Below, one piece after another: positions 60,768 to 64,000 of a stretch of 64,000 nt of DNA. The notes under the pieces are model-generated. The model made no database searches. It was given only the letters and a program-made list of their open reading frames with translations, and was not told the DNA's origin. The stretch spans positions 6,197,246-6,261,245 of the forward strand of contig NW_002060945.1 in NCBI RefSeq assembly GCF_000150275.1. Direction: 5' to 3'. Made by a program: the position numbers and the translations under genes. Source of the DNA: Trichoplax adhaerens. Taxonomy: Eukaryota > Animalia > Placozoa. Positions within the stretch are counted from its first letter, which is position 1, and each line of letters starts with the position of its first letter.

Positions 60768-61328
60768 CGCTTGAGCATACACCATTGGAATTGCAATTGA
60801 TTGAAAATCTCCTCGAGTTTTACGTGACTTGCAGTTGCTGTGCGGTGGGGCTAACAAGTAACAAGTGGATTTGATTTATAGCTACTACTACAGTATGTCT
60901 ATTAATTATCGGTAGCAAATAGAGTATACTGAAACATGAGTCAGAGTCTTGGCAATAGCAAGATTTCTTCACTGCGATCTACTGTTAGAACAACAATTTA
61001 GCTCTTTTATACCGTACTCCTATCATGGCTGTCTACTGTATGTATATGTTATATACTGTACTGTATATGCAACGCACAGTACGGACGCCACTGGCATATA
61101 AAGCCTAGTACTAGATACAACAGCGGATTACTATCGATTGTCAATGGCAGATTGGCAGTAGTCCACAGAAGTAGAAGAAATTTACCTCTATGCTTTAGTC
61201 GCTGTTAAGCCCCGTGTAAATCATTAGCAATAATTGTTTAAAGTACTGATTAGGTAATGAATAGCCTCAATAATTAACTGGAAACGCTAGAAGTTTCTAT
61301 CTTACTATTGAAATAAAAACTATCAACC

Positions 61329-61697
61329 ATGGAACAAACAGCGTTACTTGAAACGCTAAAAGAAGAGGAAAAACTATTGCTCGAACTTCAGATAAAACTG
61401 AAAGCACAATTACAAAAGTTAAAAACTGAAGAATTGTCTTTGTTAGAAATGATAATAACCAGCAAAAAGCAACTTGGCAGTGACGATGTTGAGACTAGCT
61501 CCATCTCCAATGCAAATTATCGGCCGACACTGGTAGATCCTAAATCGTGCTCTAATGCAACAATGGCTCCATCTTATGATGATGATCCTACAATGGTAAA
61601 TCAAAAGCCGTTACATGGTTTACTCCCTGCACTGGATACGCATAACATGAGTTCCGATGAAGAAGAATCCGAAAGTGATTTGGTTGCAGATGCATAA
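61329..61697 (+). CDS. SNAPC5: snRNA-activating protein complex subunit 5 (SNAP19), single coding exon
   Basis: LETLKEEEKLLLELQIKLKAQLQKLKTEELSL matches the recalled human LQELRKEEETLLRLKAALHDQLNRLKVEELAL. Also has a VNQ..L motif and the acidic tail SSDEEESESD. Confidence 0.85.
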   Translation: MEQTALLETLKEEEKLLLELQIKLKAQLQKLKTEELSLLEMIITSKKQLGSDDVETSSISNANYRPTLVDPKSCSNATMAPSYDDDPTMVNQKPLHGLLPALDTHNMSSDEEESESDLVADA

Positions 61698-61787
61698 CCA
61701 AGCTTTACATGCCAAATTCAATATGCTGAATTGATTGTAGATATACAAGTACAACCAAACTCGATCCATTTGTTATCGTTGACGTAT

Positions 61788-62000
61788 TTATAATCGTTTA
61801 AGTATCAAGAAGTATGCACTATGTCACCGTTATTCATACCGGTTTTACAAATAAACGTTATGATGAATTGATTGCAGATATTGAACCATACTCTACACAT
61901 CCTTATTATATATTTAATAATCACCGAAGCATCAAGAAGTTTGCTTTATCCATCATTCATACAAGCTTTGCAAATAAAAGGTATGATAAATGGGTTGTCA
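61788..62000. repeat. Degenerate ~125-130-bp tandem duplication 3' of SNAPC5
   Basis: AG(T/C)ATCAAGAAGT...ATTCATAC...CAAATAAA..(G/T)TATGAT occurs twice. Confidence 0.7.
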
Positions 62001-64000
62001 ATGGACGTACAGTATAACCAAATTTTATTCATCCGTTTAGTATACTTTAAAATCGTCTATGTGTCTAAAAGATTTAAAATACTTTCAAATCGTCCATGTG
62101 TCCAAAAGATTACTACACATCATGAATCATATTACCTTTGCAAATAAGAGGATAGTTTACCTCCTATAACTACAAGAGTTTGCTGTACAGTGATGTTCGT
62201 ACTTAATCCTGTATACAATTCTTTATTTCATCTGTAAAGGTAATGATGGCCTGCTATGCTATGCAACACAGTCTATTTAAAATGTATCTAAATTAATTAT
62301 ATTGTGATGTAATTCTACTTGATATTGACTGTTAGATATAATGTTGCAAGTAACTTGCTATTAACACAGATTAAAACATGAATTGCAAGATTGTGCCCGA
62401 GAAGAAACATATTTGTCTTGAATTAACTTCATTTCCAGATCTGAACACGGATGTAATAATCAGCAGCAGACATCTTTATTTCTTACAACCAATCTTATTC
62501 TGTCATAGGAATTATTATTTTCTTATTGCTATATTAATGTAGAGGACCCGCCTGGCCAACCAGCATTCATTATAACAAATTCGATGTACTCTTTCTCTCA
62601 CTATATTGAAATTCGTATATGACAGCAGATTTGAAAAAACGTTGTTAGCAGTATTGATTCAAAGTAACTTGCTATTAAGACAGAACCAATCGTGATTTCA
62701 AGATATACCTGAGAAGGAATGATGCTAAACCGGCACATTTTCCGAATTGAATACATAATTAATGGATGATATCTTACTCTTTGCAACAAATTTTGTTCTC
62801 TCATCAGTTGTTCTCCTCAACTGCGAGTGTTTCATTACAGCAAATCCGGTATACTCCTATCCTTATATTGAAGTACCTACTGTACGATAGCAGATTTGGC
62901 ATAAGTGAACCCATTTTCCCTAAAAAACTAAGCAAAGTAAACCATTATTATAATTTAGACTTATAATTTCTTTTCTAATCTCCCATTTCGAAAGCTGGTA
63001 GTTGCTATTTATAATAAAAAAAGGATAAGCATTCAGGCAAAATACGCAAGGCACAAAATCTTTTATATAGGAGGATGTTCCGCCACAGCTTTACGAAATC
63101 AAATTGCAATTACACACTCTATCGATCCTCGGTTTTAGCCTGTTTCACTTTTTGAAATTACTACAGAATCAAAACCTTGTAACTGTACTGTAAACCTTTA
63201 ATGGATGCTATACATATATGTAAATTACCTATAGCACTCCAAAAACTGAATGCTACAGGAAAATTACGGGCCAACACTCAAGGAAAAATAATGGCGTCGT
63301 TATTCAAGAGTAAATTTATGTAAACTCTGCATTCTCTCACTACTGTATGTAAACTATTCGTAACTGTAGTTTGCATTGCTTTATTAGATAAAGTATTCGT
63401 AAGTACGAACCCTTCGTAGAATAAAAATAGATCTAAAGAGAGAAATTACAATTTTTTGAATTGCCTACACGATAAAAAGTTTCATACGTGGAATTATTTC
63501 AGTTCTTTTAAAGATTTGAATTTTACTACCCAAATGATGTAGCTGATTAAAGATACTCATCATGGTGCCGAGACTATTTCTTGAGCAGCCTTTACCTATT
63601 TATGCCAGAAGCCGATATAAACTACAGCTTAATTTTTTGACAAATACCAGAAATTAACCAAGATATAGTATTAACAGGTTCAGTATTTTGCGTAAAACGA
63701 TATAAATAATTATCGTCTTATTCTGACATAGTTTACTAAAATCATAAGATGGAAATCTTCACATTCAGGCATTGCGTTCAATTTGCTTATGAACAAGCGT
63801 AAGATATGCTCAGTAACTTACGTCTATTTTTAAAGTAATGGGCAACCTTTACAGGCAAATTAAAAATCTATTCGTTATGTTCCTGACCGATGGCTTTACA
63901 TCTAGCATCTTACTATAGTAAAAATCAATGCACAATTCAAAATGATAAAATTTCATCTGTTGGCCATGATAGGCGTATTGCCATTCTATGCTCCATTACC

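Noticed and set aside
62150-64000. Additional gene at the right end
   Set aside because: Could not assemble phase-consistent exons with recognisable protein similarity.

Overview
AT-rich, intron-dense animal genomic DNA with short introns. The compact gene layout and abundant ACAGT/ACTGT pentamer point to a placozoan such as Trichoplax (inference). Splicing exons by hand gives 11 protein-coding genes. In order: an Shc-family adaptor (-, runs off the left edge), PIK3C3/Vps34 (+), WDR41 (+), KHDC4/BLOM7 (-), a long MRP1-type ABCC transporter (+), TMEM223 (-), an intronless AGGF1 (+), two head-to-head paralogous GlpT/SLC37-like MFS transporters, frataxin (-) and SNAPC5 (+). Ten of the 11 genes form head-to-head pairs. 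Notable non-coding structure: self-complementary AC[A/T]GT pentamer tracts concentrated in the divergent promoter regions (including a 66-bp near-perfect palindrome), an 8-unit hairpin-containing tandem array at about 7.05-8.58 kb, a perfect double-CRE inverted repeat upstream of Shc, a probable U12-type intron in WDR41 and a GC-AG intron in Vps34. I found no rRNA, tRNA, CRISPR array or intact transposon. Gene identities rest on recalled similarity to known proteins, not on database searches.
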